58,391 nucleotides of DNA, taken from the NCBI RefSeq assembly GCF_001194135.2, contig NC_068988.1, forward strand, positions 69,721,073 to 69,779,463, given 5' to 3'. A program made the translations under genes and the position numbers. The DNA comes from Octopus bimaculoides. Taxonomy: Eukaryota. Positions 13,621 to 26,624 of this stretch are shown here, piece by piece (positions within the stretch are counted from its first letter, which is position 1; each line of letters opens with the position of its first letter). The notes beneath the pieces were generated by a model that did no database searches, was not told where the DNA came from, and saw nothing but the letters and a program-made list of their open reading frames with translations.

Positions 13621-14724
13621 CCTGTTGTTATCACAAGAGGCATCCTTAAATGAACTTAAAGCTACTGACTGCTGATAAACCAGAAATACCACTCTAGGGG
13701 TAACTGAGCCAGCTCACACATAATTTCAGCCCTAAAAGTTTATTATCTGCTCAGCACATGCAGAATATGGTTTAATGTCATCTGACTATACATATGCCAT
13801 ACAACCATGCATATTATGTAAATTGATATCTGACCTGATTCCACCGAACCATTTTCTTCCCCAGGGTTATTGTAACCGAAACGTCAACATCCAGCCGAAT
13901 GCTGACAAATTGACAATAATATTCTGTCTGTTCATGATCATGTAGTGCATGTAAGAAAAGAACTGTTGTTACTGGCTTGCTAAATCACCCATGTGACCTG
14001 AACTAAGCAACTGGGTTCTAAATATTTTCAGCTAAAAACCATCTTAAAATATCTTTTAAATTCTCTCCTCTTTGTCATTGTATATCTTATGTTGTAGATG
14101 TGTTCTGGACCCATAAAACTATAAGCAATATAGAACTAATTCTAACTGTTATTAAATACTTACAAATCTAAGTGTTGAGAACTACTTTCACTTGTTTGTT
14201 CACCCACTCTTGTACGCGTGTGTGTATAATAACATGGGTGTATAAACACAGACATGCTGTTATTAAGAAACTACAATTATTAGTTCTGAGAATAATAGAA
14301 CACATCTCTCTTTGTATCTGTTTATCTGTCTGCTTGCCCGTCTGTCTGTTTGCCTGTTTCTTTCTCTGTGTCTCTGTCTGCTTCTCTTTCTTTCTCTCTC
14401 TCTCTCTCTCTCTCAGTTTCTCCCTCTCTATGAAATCATAGCTTCAAGCAGCATTTAACAAATAACCACATAATACATTGATGTCTAAATAATGACAAAA
14501 GAAAGCAAACAGTTCTGACAATAAAGTAAAGAAACCGATACATCAATGTTTGCTAGAGTAATAAAGATAACATGCAATGAAAGATAAATTCAGGGGGAAA
14601 CAGCTGAAAATAAGTCAAAGGAAATAGTAAAGAATGTACACAATTCTCTATATACTAACATGGTGAACTTTATAACTTTTATTCCTTGTATGTATGTATG
14701 TGTGTATATATATATATTGATATT

Positions 14725-14757
<33 letters not shown>

Positions 14758-15020
14758 GCACAAGAGTAGCAGTATGGTAAGAAGTTTGCTTCCTAGCCAC
14801 ATGATTCCGGGTTCAATCCCACTCCATGGCATCTTGGGCAAGTGTCTTCTACTATAGCCTAGGGCCGACAAAAGCCTTGTGAGTGGATTTGGTAGATAGA
14901 AACTGAAAGACGCCCATCATGTATATACATATAATATATATATATATGCGTGTGTGTGTATGTATGTATTTCTGTGTCTGTGTTTGTTCCCCCACCATGG
15001 CACAACAACTGATGTTCATC
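14758..15020 (+). mobile_element. tRNA-derived SINE family B with internal microsatellite
   Basis: GGTTCAATCCC B box; CTTGGGCAAGTGTCTTCTACTATAGCC core; GAAACTGAAAGA.GCCC. Confidence 0.88.
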
Positions 15021-15245
15021 CAAGGCTAGGACCATGAGCCATATGTCCCCTGCCCAATTCAGGATCACAACATATAGGTACATTGCAGTATAATTTCTTT
15101 TCCTCAACAGGCCCTGCCCTGTTTAACATTGTCCCAAAATAGATAAAATAGGAAAAGGATCCTATCAGATGGAGCTATTAAGTTAGACATGGCCAGGACC
15201 AATCTTTGGTCGAAACATATCTAAGTTTTATCTGAGTTTTTATAC

Positions 15246-15287
<42 letters not shown>

Positions 15288-15315
15288 NNNNNNNNNNNNN
15301 NNNNNNNNNNNNNNN

Positions 15316-15364
<49 letters not shown>

Positions 15365-15398
15365 TCACACATTATATATGTAAATGTGAGCATATCAA

Positions 15399-15609
15399 GG
15401 TGGTGAGCTGGCAGAATCATTAGCATGTTGGGCAAAATGCTTAGTGGTATTACATCAGTCTTTATGTTCTGAGTTCAAATTCCGCTGAGATCGACTTTGC
15501 CTTTCATCGAGGTTGATAAATGAAGTATCAGTTGCACACTGGGCTCGATCTAATTGACTGTCTTCCTCCCCATCAAATTTCGGCCTTGTGCCTAGAGTAG
15601 AAAAGAAAT
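15399..15609 (+). mobile_element. SINE family A
   Basis: GGTGAGCTGGCAGAATC head through CCTAGAGTAGAAAAG tail. Confidence 0.9.
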
Positions 15610-15614
15610 ATGTG

Positions 15615-15800
15615 CATATCATCCTTATCACATTAACATTTAATGTCTATTTTCCATGCTGGCATGGGTTGGACTGTCTAACAAGGACTGATAAGCCAGA
15701 AGACTGTGTCAAGTTTTGACCAGATTCTACAGCTGGAAGCCCTTCTTAAAACCCTCTTTACTAAAGAGGTGGGTGCCTTATGTGGCACCAGTGAGGTCAC
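15615..15800 (-). mobile_element. RTE 3' end fragment
   Basis: TTTCCATGCTGGCATGGGTTGGAC..TTCTACAGCTGGAAGCCCTT = reverse complement of the RTE tail. Confidence 0.7.
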
Positions 15801-16331
15801 CAAGTAACTTGCAAACAAAGACTCCTCAACTGAGAGTAGGAGTACTGAGAGGAGGAGTACTGAGGAAAATGGTTTTGTGACAGGTGATGAGAGGCTACAC
15901 TATGATAGAGGGACAGAAACAGGTACGTTGCTGTAAAAGAAATACACGGGTACCCCAGTCAATGAAGAGAGAGAGAGAGAAAATGGCATGGAAGATATGC
16001 CAGGGTGCATCTTCAAAGGAGCTGAATGTAATTGGAGTGGAACTGAGGATGGTACGGGTTAAGTGAACCTATGATTTCACAAGAGAGCAAAAGGTGAATG
16101 GGAGATAGAGGGGGAAAGGAAAGGGAATGCAGCATGTAGTGAACACAGATATATATGTGTGTACATGCATATGTGTGTTTGTATGCAACTATATGTATGT
16201 ATATATACATTGGAATTTGGCACAATCCTCAAGTTTTTTGGCTCCTGTCAAACTGCCAAACCCATGCTGACTTGGAAAATGGACGCATGATGATAATGAT
16301 GATGATGAGGATATATGTATGCATATGCAAC

Positions 16332-16392
<61 letters not shown>

Positions 16393-16994
16393 GCGCACAA
16401 ATACATATATATATATACACACAGAAATATATATATATATATTTATACGTATGCATGCATGTATGTATGTATAAACTTGGCTCATTCAGCACTTGTCATT
16501 TTTCCTTCTCTTTAGAATTTGTCTGAAAACATTTAAATAATGGAAAATATCAGATAGGATAGATTTGGGGGTAACTGTAGGATTTACCTGTCAATTGGTT
16601 GTTCACTAAACTATAAATTACTAAGGTGTGAAAAGAATGTTGAGTGGAGAGCAGAAAGAGAGGAAGTATTACGGATAGACCTAGATTGTTTTGTATCAAG
16701 TTAGAGATAAATGAGACAGTATTTTGGGGAAAGAGAGATACCTGTCAATGTTATAGAATTAGGGCAGTTATCAATAAACGAGAGAAGAAAGGAAAGTGAA
16801 TGGAGAGGGTGGATGGCTGGAATGCAGGTAAAGTAAATATATAAGATAAATACATGGAAGTAATAAAATAAGGAAAACGGTGAAAGAACAGTTCCAAATT
16901 TAACAGTTTTCATGATGATGATGATGATGATGATCATCATCATCATCCTCCTCCTCATCATCGTTGTCATAGTAGTAGTAGTAGAAATAATAAT

Positions 16995-17207
16995 AATCTT
17001 TTCTACTATAAGCACAAGGCCTGAAATTTGGTGGGAGGGATCCAGTCGATTAGATCGAGTCCAGTACGCAACTGGCACTTAATTTATTGACCCCAAAAGG
17101 ATGAAAGGCAAAGTCAACCTAGTTGGATTTTGAACTCAGAACGTAGTGACATACGATATACCACTAAGCATTTCATTTAGCATGCAAATGATTCTGCCAG
17201 CTCACCG
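16995..17207 (-). mobile_element. SINE family A
   Basis: Full-length reverse-complement match to 15399-15609. Confidence 0.9.
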
Positions 17208-17245
17208 ACTAATGATAATAATAATAATAATAATAATGATAAATC

Positions 17246-18612
17246 CCTTCAGGTAGATGGCCCTACTTGATCTGTAGAAAAGGCGTATGTAGAAACTCCA
17301 TAAGATGTACCCAGTGTAAACTATGGACACATAAGAGGTACAGCAATATCAAAAGAAGGCTAACTGGAAAGATAGTTTTTGTATGTGACAAATACTAAGG
17401 TGCTATAAACACTGAAAATGTGCAGAGAACAGCTTCTGTAACATTCCAGGGAGAAAAACCACAAGTAGTTGATAGCTTCCATTACCTAGAGGACCAAGTC
17501 AGTAGCTGGGGTGGATGCTCTGAAAGTGTAGCTGCTAGAATAAGAATAACATGGGCAAAGTTCAGAGAGCTCCTACCTCTGCTGGTGACAAAGGGCCTCT
17601 CGCTCAGAGTAAAAGGTAGACTGTATGATGCTTGTGTACGAACAGCCATGCTACATGGCAGTGAAACATGTGCCGTGACTGCTGAGGACATGTGTAAGCT
17701 TGCAAAGAGTGAAGCTAGTATGCTCCGATGGATGTGTAATGTCAGTGTGCATACGCGGCAGAGTGTAAGTACCTTGAGAGAAAAGTTGGACCTAAGAAGC
17801 ATCAGATGTGGTGTGCAAGAGAGACGACTGTGCTGGTATGGTCATGTGTTGCAAATGAATGAGGACAGCTATGTGAAAAAGTGTTACACCCTAGCGGTTG
17901 AGGGAATCTGCGAAAGAGGTAGGCCCAGGAAGACCTGGGATGAGGTGGTGAAGCACAACCTTCAAACATTGGGCCTTACCAAGGCAATGACTAGTGACCA
18001 AGACCTTTGGAGATATGGTGTGCTTGAGAAGACCCAACAAGCCAAGTGAGACCATAACCTGTGGCCTATGCTAGTGGGTATAACTAGCCTATAAACTTTG
18101 CTTGCAAAGATCTGTTGAGGCTAATGAAATCAAAATCCCTGACATGGCCAATGACAGTACTTCTTGATTGGCACTCGTGCCAGTGTAACGTTGAGAGCCC
18201 CATCCGAGTGTGATCGTTGCCACAGCCACTGGTACATAAAAAGCACCATTCGAGCATGATCATTGCCAGTGTTGCCTTACTGGCACATGAAAAACAACAC
18301 TCAAGCGTGATCGTTGCCAGTGCCGCCGGACTGGCTCCTGAGCAGGTAGCACGTAAAAAACACATTTTAAGTGTGGTTGTTGCCAGAACTGGCTGACTGG
18401 CCCTCGTGACAGTGGCATGTAAAAAGCACCCACTATGTTCTCGGAGTGGTTGGTGTTAGGAAGGGCATCCAGCTGTAGAAACACTGTCAGATCAGACTGG
18501 AGCCTGGTGCAGCTCTTCTGGCTCACCAGTCATCAGTCAAACCATCCAACCCATGTCAGCATGGAAAATGGACGTTAAACAATGATGAATAATAATAATA
18601 ATAATAGTAATT
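17246..18612 (+). mobile_element. 5'-truncated RTE-clade LINE: internal Cys/His finger, RT C-terminus, 3' UTR, (AAT)n tail
   Basis: ORF 17420-18049 has VDSFHYL, RIRITWAKFRELLPLL, KGRLYDACVRTAMLHGSET, ERRLCWYGHV, RGRPRKTW. The same frame upstream from 17246 is Cys-rich. No start codon or endonuclease, so it is non-autonomous. Confidence 0.95.
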
Positions 18613-18688
18613 AATTCATTTGGCATGCACTGCTCTCTCACTCAATAATAATAATAATAAAAAAAATAATAATAATGATGATGATGAC

Positions 18689-18717
<29 letters not shown>

Positions 18718-18722
<5 letters not shown>

Positions 18723-18928
18723 TCTGTTGGAGGTACAAGGCCTCAAATTTGTGGGGAGGGGGACTAGTCAATACCCCCCCCCCTCGTATTTCACTTGTAC
18801 TTAATTTATCGACCCCAAAAGGATGAAAGGCAAGATCGACCTCGGTGGAATTTAAACTCAGAAAATAGCATCAAACAAAATACTACGAAGCATTTCACCC
18901 AGTGTTCTAATGATTCTGCCAGCTTGCC
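18718..18928 (-). mobile_element. SINE family A
   Basis: Reverse-complement head/core match; flanked by (AAT)n tracts. Confidence 0.88.
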
Positions 18929-18976
<48 letters not shown>

Positions 18977-19316
18977 TTACATACTTTCATTCTCATACTT
19001 ATTTAACCTTTCCACTGCCTATATCAGATTTATCCACTCAGCGCTATGAAAAATAGTTTTATATACCAATCCAACTTTTGTTGAGAAATGTCATGTTCGA
19101 AACTATTTTTTGTCATTTTGTTGAGTATGTCAAGTTTAATAAGGCAGCATGACATGCAGAAAATACCAGTTCTATTTTTTGGCAGATATTTTACATCATT
19201 AATGGAATAACTATGAAATTTAAAATCTCGGTTATCAAAAAATATATATTAGTGGCAGAGGCAGTATTAAGTGAGAGGTAATATTTATCCCCATTTAAAA
19301 GTAGATGTTCTTAAAA

Positions 19317-19684
19317 GATGTTCTATTAGAACAAGCTATACTGTGGTAGTTACTGTGAGAGAAACTCTCATATGGGCTTTTGGTGCAAAATACTCTCTTG
19401 TTTATATTGCTAACAGTGGGATAAATTCCTACCATCTTCAATGCTGATGCTGATACTACCAGATCACAAGGTTTCGATCTTCCTTGGTCTCATCAATGAA
19501 AGATGCTTGACTCTAGATACAGTAGTGACTTATCTTCCCATCAGTGACATACTGAAAAACAGTGTCAGAACAGATGCTGGTATTGCTGTTAGCCAGTGGG
19601 CTAGAGTGCATTTTGTATCAAAAGCCTACATGAGTGTTTCTCCCATGGTATCTACTGCAGTATAGTTTGTTCTAATGGAACATC
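19317..19684. mobile_element. MITE-like fold-back element with about 100-bp inverted arms
   Basis: 19317-19392 vs the reverse complement of 19609-19684: about 13 mismatches in 76 nt by eye; weaker match continues inward. Confidence 0.65.
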
Positions 19685-21559
19685 CATGTTCATTTGTACA
19701 TCAGTATGTTCTGCAGTGAAAACCAAATTTTTTAACGAAGCAATTTATTTACAAATGAAGTTAAATATAAAATGGTTTCCCCACTACCACCATCAACATA
19801 TGAAACCCTCACACATCTTCCTATCATCCAAAACACTAGAGTGTTTGTACCTGCACACACTCAACTCATCCCTCTAACTCAATCTAACAGATTCCAAGAC
19901 TTCAGTATAGGACAAAGGTAAGACAAAATTGTCACACGAAACTTTTGTCAAAGAGAAAAGTGAGACTGAAAAAGGACATTTGACAACGACGAAGAAAGCA
20001 TGTCAAGGACCACAACATCAGAACGACAACAGAAACAACAAAATTGACTAAACACACAAATTACCTTCTCCCATTCTCCTTAGATATTTTCTAATTCTAT
20101 CAATTGTTTAACAAGTATCATCTGGATTTCCTGCTAGAGTGGACATGGAGTAATCATCCAGACTACCTAGGTAGGATCTTTGTTATGTTAATGGATGCAA
20201 ATAGTATAGGGTGCCCCCAATTTTAACTAGTCAACTAGACAAGACATAACTTGTGATTTGCATAGTCCATTAGAAAAAATGCTGAGAAAGGACCCAGTTA
20301 CTAACAGATGAACACATCTTTCTTAGCATGCAGCAACTACAGTAGCCAATTAGCTAATTAGTTAAGCAGCAGGTGAAGGAGATAGCCAGCAACATCTGAG
20401 AGAAAAACTTCTAAAACAGATAACATTGATAATTTCTGTTCCATAACTATGTTGAATGGAAAGTTTAAAACTTTTGCAACAAAAGAGATTGGTGCTTGTT
20501 GTTAGTAGTTTGGTCAGAAAAGTACAGATCTACCTGATTCCAAACTTTTCTATTCACAACTACCTTCAACTCTCTTGATGCATCTAAGAGATGTTTAATA
20601 GTTACATTTTCTCTATGGAGATTTATAAATAATGGCATCTACAACAACAGAAATGTATGTGCCCCCAACACTCAGAAAATGTAAGGTATTGAAAAAAAGC
20701 AAACACCTTCAACAAAATAAATTAAAAGATTCAGCTACAAAACACACATAGAAAAATATTGACATTTAAAAATGGCAATTATTAGTGGTAAAGGTTGCAT
20801 GTGCACACACGCACGCATGCGCACACACACACATGCATGCACACACACACACATACACCACACACATACATATCTTCATTGAATGAAGATGCTGTCATGT
20901 CAAAAATATTTTATTTGTCTTTGTTTTCAAGCATCACTAGTATTGAATATGGGTGATTATACAGAAATAAGGATAGCACGGCAAGGTTGTGCATTGAATC
21001 AGAAAAATAAAATTGCCTATATCTGCATTGCCAGAGACATTATGCATTCCTTGTACCAACGAAACAGCAGTTATAAACAGCCAGTGTACTGAAGAATATT
21101 ATCTCAACTGGTTTAAAGTGAAAAAATATGGTTTTCTATGTTTTCTAGGATTAGGATGAAACAAGCAAACAGTTTGAGAAGGTTTGGTACACAACTGCTC
21201 ATGTACTTGTGCCATAATATTTTGGACAGTAAAATAGAAGGACCAAGGCATTTTGGCTTGTCATTTATTGGCCAGGTAGTGAGTACTTAGGTCATGAAGA
21301 ATGACATGTGGTTGGGTAGGACTCTCAGTGAATATGAATCTTTATGACTTAAAGGCCACAGAATCATTCTAGACTTCTTCCCAGTTAGATTGTAAAGGAA
21401 GAGCAATGAGGCATGCAGTGCAGTGTAGAAAACTGAGTTGCTATGCACTGATAGTTCTGGTCTAATTTTCCTAGTTTGAGGTACACTAATGCCTTCTGTA
21501 CATGGTAGATTTCCTCCCTCCATGTCTAAGCTCTGGAGTCCTCTGGGTATTTCTTCTGG

Positions 21560-22260
21560 AACAGTAGTCCTCTGCAGTTCCTTTCACACCTCCATTTCAA
21601 TCCCTTCCAGTTACATCTTCTCTAACCACTTCTTAATCATAGTTTGTTTAACCTGATCAGTTCACTCACATTCTTCAGCTCCTCATATTGATAATATTTT
21701 TTCTAGAGCTCTAGTAACCTGTTCCTATAGCCTCTTTTCTCTGTCTTGCCCTTAATATAACATTCAAACAGCAATTTGTTATTCCCTTTTGTTCATTTTT
21801 ATCTCCTTCATTGTTGTGGGTCAGCAGTAGCTTGATTACAACTGGGCCTGTGCTGCTGTTTCACTGAACTCATGCCAGATGTGACACCTTTGATAAAAGC
21901 TCCAGCCTCATGGATGTCATTGAAATTACTTTCCATTATTGACATTTCTCTCATAACTGAGGCATGGGTTTTAAGGTTATCAAAAACCAGTAATTATGTT
22001 ACCATCACTCGGCAGATTGTCAACCAAGACTTTTGAGAGGCCTATCTGCCCTCATTGAGGCTGATTATCCTCTGCTGGTCACTACCATCAGTATTTATTT
22101 TCACAGCAAATAAAGACACATATAGTTGGATGGCCATTGATTCTAGTTGTTTCATCCACCCTTTAATAGGTTTTGTTTTGCACTCTGCAAAAGCCACCTT
22201 CCTTACCATGTAAGCACTTGGTAGGGTTGCTGATTTAGTCACTCACTGATAGCTCAACCC
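21560..22260 (-). mobile_element. 5' portion of an R4/Dong-like RLE non-LTR retrotransposon relic
   Basis: Reverse strand: CNQATA..., NKLLFECYIKGKTEKRGYRNRLLEL (21780-21706), DQVKQTMIKKWL..LEGI, matching the R4/Dong N-terminal motif ECY..S.P..RGYR.RM...EQ.LADQ. Confidence 0.65.
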
Positions 22261-22504
22261 TAAAACAGGTTGCATTGAACTGCATATTACCAATTTATCA
22301 TTATTATTGTTATGCTTATTTTTTTATTATACTTTTACTACACTGCTGAGCACAGCTCTGAGTGTCTTGGTTAAGTGCAGTGTTTTGTTTTTGTTTTGCA
22401 ACTTTTTGTATGCTATACATATTTGTAAGTTCTGAGGTTTCTCTTATGCATTTGTCTACGTGTTTTCAAATATTTCTGAAGTACTTATTATTACTATCAT
22501 TATA

Positions 22505-22718
22505 AAGTGGTGAACTGGAAGAATCGTTAGCACACCAGGCAAAATACTAAGGTGAGATTTTGTCTTTCTTTATGTTCTGAGTTCAAATTCCACCGAAGCC
22601 AATTTTGCCTTTCATCTTTGCGGGGTCAATGAATTAAGTACCAGTGAAATACAGGATTTGATGTAATCGGCTAGTCCCCTCCCCCAAAAGTTTGGGCCTT
22701 GTGCCTTTAGCAGAAAGG

Positions 22719-22721
<3 letters not shown>
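22505..22721 (+). mobile_element. SINE family A with long (ATT)n tail
   Basis: Head GGTGAACTGGAAGAATCGTTAGCAC, B-box-like GAGTTCAAATTCC, tail AGAAAGGATTATT. Confidence 0.9.
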
Positions 22722-22762
<41 letters not shown>

Positions 22763-22847
22763 CATTATTATTATTATTGTTGTTGTTGTTATTATTTTTA
22801 TTATTGAGATTGTTTCTGTCTTCAGGTTTTTATAATTATTACTTTTA

Positions 22848-23040
22848 ACTGCCAGAATTATTAGCATGCCAGACAAAATGCTTAGTGGCATTGCATCCAT
22901 CTTTAAGCTTTGAGTTCAAATTCTGCCTAGGTGAAGTTTGTCTTTCATTGTTTCAGTGTGAGTAAAATAAAAACCAGTTGAGCACTGGGAATGATGTAAT
23001 CACACAAAATTTCACACCTTGTACAAAAATGTGAAACGAT
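22848..23040 (+). mobile_element. Diverged SINE family A copy
   Basis: CTGCCAGAATTATTAGCATGCCAGACAAAATGCTTAG..GAGTTCAAATTC..GCACTGGG. Confidence 0.75.
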
Positions 23041-23419
23041 TATTATTATTAATAATGTACAGAGGTGAGCAGGTGGCCCAGCTAGCCCTGTACCAAAATT
23101 TGAAACCATTATTATTATTATTATTATTGTTGTTTTTATTATTATTATTATTATTATTATTTTATGTTTGACTTTTGCTTTGCATTTGTACAAGTTGGAT
23201 CCAAGTCTCACCCAGAGACCTCACCAGCTGGTACCCATAATAGACGATTCTTATCTGCTAATGATATAAATATGAATGCTTTTATGCACCATACATTCAT
23301 ATGAGAGTTCCTCTCAGGGTAAATAATGCAGTATTCAGTGTTTTAACAGAATATTCATGTTAAGCTGGGTATAAAGATTACCTTTTACTATTATTTTGGA
23401 ACCACTAGAATGGCTGAAT

Positions 23420-23670
23420 TGATAAGAAGTCCACTTCACAATCATAGAGTCCCTGGTTTCATCCCACAGCCTCAGATTAACTTAAGTGTTGTGAGCAAAA
23501 TTGCAGACTGTTATTTGGACTGTACCAGTAATTCAAATGTTCAGCATTGTTACATACTCTGTCACTTAACAATCAGCTTGAGAATTTAGAGTACAAGTGC
23601 ATGGAAAATGCTCAACCACATTTTTGTTAATTTAATGAAAAATCCAACTGATTGAATAACTGAATGTTCA
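23420..23670 (+). mobile_element. Degenerate SINE family C fragment
   Basis: GTAATTCAAATG.TCAGCATTGTTACA..GCTCAACCAC..GTTAATTT resembles 41510-41620. Confidence 0.5.
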
Positions 23671-25173
23671 TCCTAGAAGTGAATGTAGGATTCAAAATTA
23701 AAAATTATCTTGGAGTTTATTATGTATTAAAGTTGACTATCTTACAGCAATAAAGTATTCTTGAAGAAGGCATTTCAATGAAGAAAGCATTCTTTCAAAG
23801 GCAGTAACATGCTCAAGCATTCAGTTCTTGCTATAGATAAGCTGGGCTTCCTTTCACTGGAATAATTCCACAAATAGAATTTGTTCTTACAATATCATCT
23901 CAATATGATTCCTCATTTTCATTGAATATATTAATATAATGCAAAAAGATAAATTTTTCAGCTGTGCTGAGATGTTACGATGTGGATATCAGTTGAATTA
24001 TAACTGCAAGAGGAAGCCCAGCAGATCTACTGCCACTATGAAACACGTACAGATGTTTGGCTCTAAATGTCCTCAATGACAATGTAACTGATTTTGAAAA
24101 TCAAGTTTTCTTCATTGAAATATCATCTCAAAAGTATATTGCTTATACAAGGCTTTATATAAGGCACTACACAGCTGGTAATTCAATAAATTTCTGTGTG
24201 TTTGCATACAACAAATATCTGTGTTATTACATAAATATGTATGTTTACACACATGCATATAATATAATGTAATATACACAAATATGTGCATATGTAGGTC
24301 TGTGTTTGTGTGTGCGTGCTTATATATAAATGTGTGAGTGTGATGGCTACATTGACAAACATGCATCTGCCTGTCTGTGTGTATGTTAACATACAAAGTT
24401 CTGAAGCTGTATCTTGATAAATAGTCTTAAATTAAAACACTTATATATATGTAGGTGCACACACCGTCTAAAATGACACACTCACACACACACACAAATC
24501 CACACATATACACACACAGATTTATGTATATTGTAATATGTAAGAGTACATGTCTGACAGTGAATTAAACATTTTGATGCTTCTCAAACATGTTTTAAAG
24601 CTGGAACAATAGAAAAATATCATATTTTCTTTTAGCTGCAAAATAAAACCAAACAAAAAAATGACAGGAAAAAAGTTTTCTATTTTTTTTCCTTTGCAGC
24701 CTTTAACCAGCTTTTGACTTGTTTTTACTTTATTTTGGCTGAAAACGATTTTACATTCAAAACATACACACTCACTAATGTACTGATATGTACAAACACA
24801 CACACACACACAAACACACACACACGTGATAATTATCATGCTGCTCAAATACTGTGAGGTTATATTGTTGAATGTTTTAAGTGAATTATATTCTGGTCGC
24901 GAGATTTTTTTTATTTCAATGTTTACAGTTGTTTGTGCTTCAATAAATATACATATATCATCATCATCGATATTTTCACTGCCATTTCCATCACCATCAC
25001 TGGCTTCTTCATCATCATGAGTAGTAGCAGCATCATCTTCATCATTATCATCACTGTACATCAGCTTTCTTATTGTAGCAAGGGTTGACAAGATCATCAC
25101 AGTCATCATAATCTTACAGAAAATAGTCATTGAGGAAATGGACCAATATTAATTTTGCATATGCCATATGCTA

Positions 25174-25206
<33 letters not shown>

Positions 25207-25722
25207 TTTTTATTATGCCATTGGCTTTAGAAAGGTTACTCTATATTAGTACAACTACAGAGGCCCATTAATTTTCTATCGCTCTTGTTTGGAATTAGTG
25301 CACCTTAATAGAGGTAGCTTGCAATAGAGCTCATAGGCTCTACATCAAATTCATATGTTCTATTTCTGCATGATTTGTGAAAGGAAGGGCATCCAGCCAT
25401 ATGGTTGGATCCGCTTCCTATCACAAACTACTTTATAGAGTGTACTCAGTGTTTTTTCCTCAGTTTCCAATGCTAGAAATGTTCTCTCATACAGGGAGAA
25501 CTGAAGAATCTCCTTCACATTTGAACAGTTCTTACTCAGGTTACTGACTTCATAGACAGGAAGCCTTTGATGTTAGGTACAAAGTTTGCACCTCAAATCA
25601 TTTGTTCCATTTATATAGAGAACGAGAACAATATTAGTAACTGAATGGCAAAGATTTGGGAGGAGGTGATTTCAGGAAGTTTAACGAAATGGACACCCTT
25701 ATTACATGTACATATCTTTATA

Positions 25723-25753
<31 letters not shown>

Positions 25754-26363
25754 NNNNNNNNNNNNNNNNNNNNNNNNNNNNNNNNNNNNNNNNNNNNNNN
25801 NNNNNNNNNNNNNNNNNNNNNNNNNNNNNNNNNNNNNNNNNNNNNNNNNNNNNNNNNNNNNNNNNNNNNNNNNNNNNNNNNNNNNNNNNNNNNNNNNNNN
25901 NNNNNNNNNNNNNNNNNNNNNNNNNNNNNNNNNNNNNNNNNNNNNNNNNNNNNNNNNNNNNNNNNNNNNNNNNNNNNNNNNNNNNNNNNNNNNNNNNNNN
26001 NNNNNNNNNNNNNNNNNNNNNNNNNNNNNNNNNNNNNNNNNNNNNNNNNNNNNNNNNNNNNNNNNNNNNNNNNNNNNNNNNNNNNNNNNNNNNNNNNNNN
26101 NNNNNNNNNNNNNNNNNNNNNNNNNNNNNNNNNNNNNNNNNNNNNNNNNNNNNNNNNNNNNNNNNNNNNNNNNNNNNNNNNNNNNNNNNNNNNNNNNNNN
26201 NNNNNNNNNNNNNNNNNNNNNNNNNNNNNNNNNNNNNNNNNNNNNNNNNNNNNNNNNNNNNNNNNNNNNNNNNNNNNNNNNNNNNNNNNNNNNNNNNNNN
26301 NNNNNNNNNNNNNNNNNNNNNNNNNNNNNNNNNNNNNNNNNNNNNNNNNNNNNNNNNNNNNNN

Positions 26364-26624
26364 NTGGTAGACGGAAACTGAAAGAAGCCCGTCGTATATA
26401 TGTATATATATATATATGGGTTTGTGTGTCTGTGTTTGTCCCCCAAGCATTGCTTGACAACCGATGCTGGTGTGTTTATGTCCCCGTCACTTAGCGGTTC
26501 GGCAAAAGAGACCGATAGAATAAGTACTAGGCTTACAAAGAATAAGTCCTTGGATCGATTTGTTCAACTAAAGGCGGTGCTCCAGCATGGCTGCAGTCAA
26601 ATGACTGAAACAAGTAAAAGAGTA
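26364..26624 (+). mobile_element. 3' part of SINE family B (5' part in gap)
   Basis: TGGTAGACGGAAACTGAAAGAAGCCCGTCG follows the N gap, then the family 3' domain ending GAAACAAGTAAAAGAG. Confidence 0.85.

Noticed and set aside
20883-21092. 69-aa ORF resembling a signal peptide plus Cys-containing N-terminus
   Set aside because: Too short and isolated, with no downstream continuation.
23830-24200. Stop-poor + frame and a possible acceptor TTTTTCAG at about 23960
   Set aside because: No recognisable motif or convincing donor site; compatible with chance.
24522-25130. 202-aa ORF with a signal-peptide-like start and acidic stretch
   Set aside because: Built on degenerate (GAT)n and (GT)n repeats; no recognisable domain or splice context.
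25611-26460. Long ORFs of 240-370 aa (also 33471-34583 and 39020-39762)
   Set aside because: Their length comes from N gaps translated as X.
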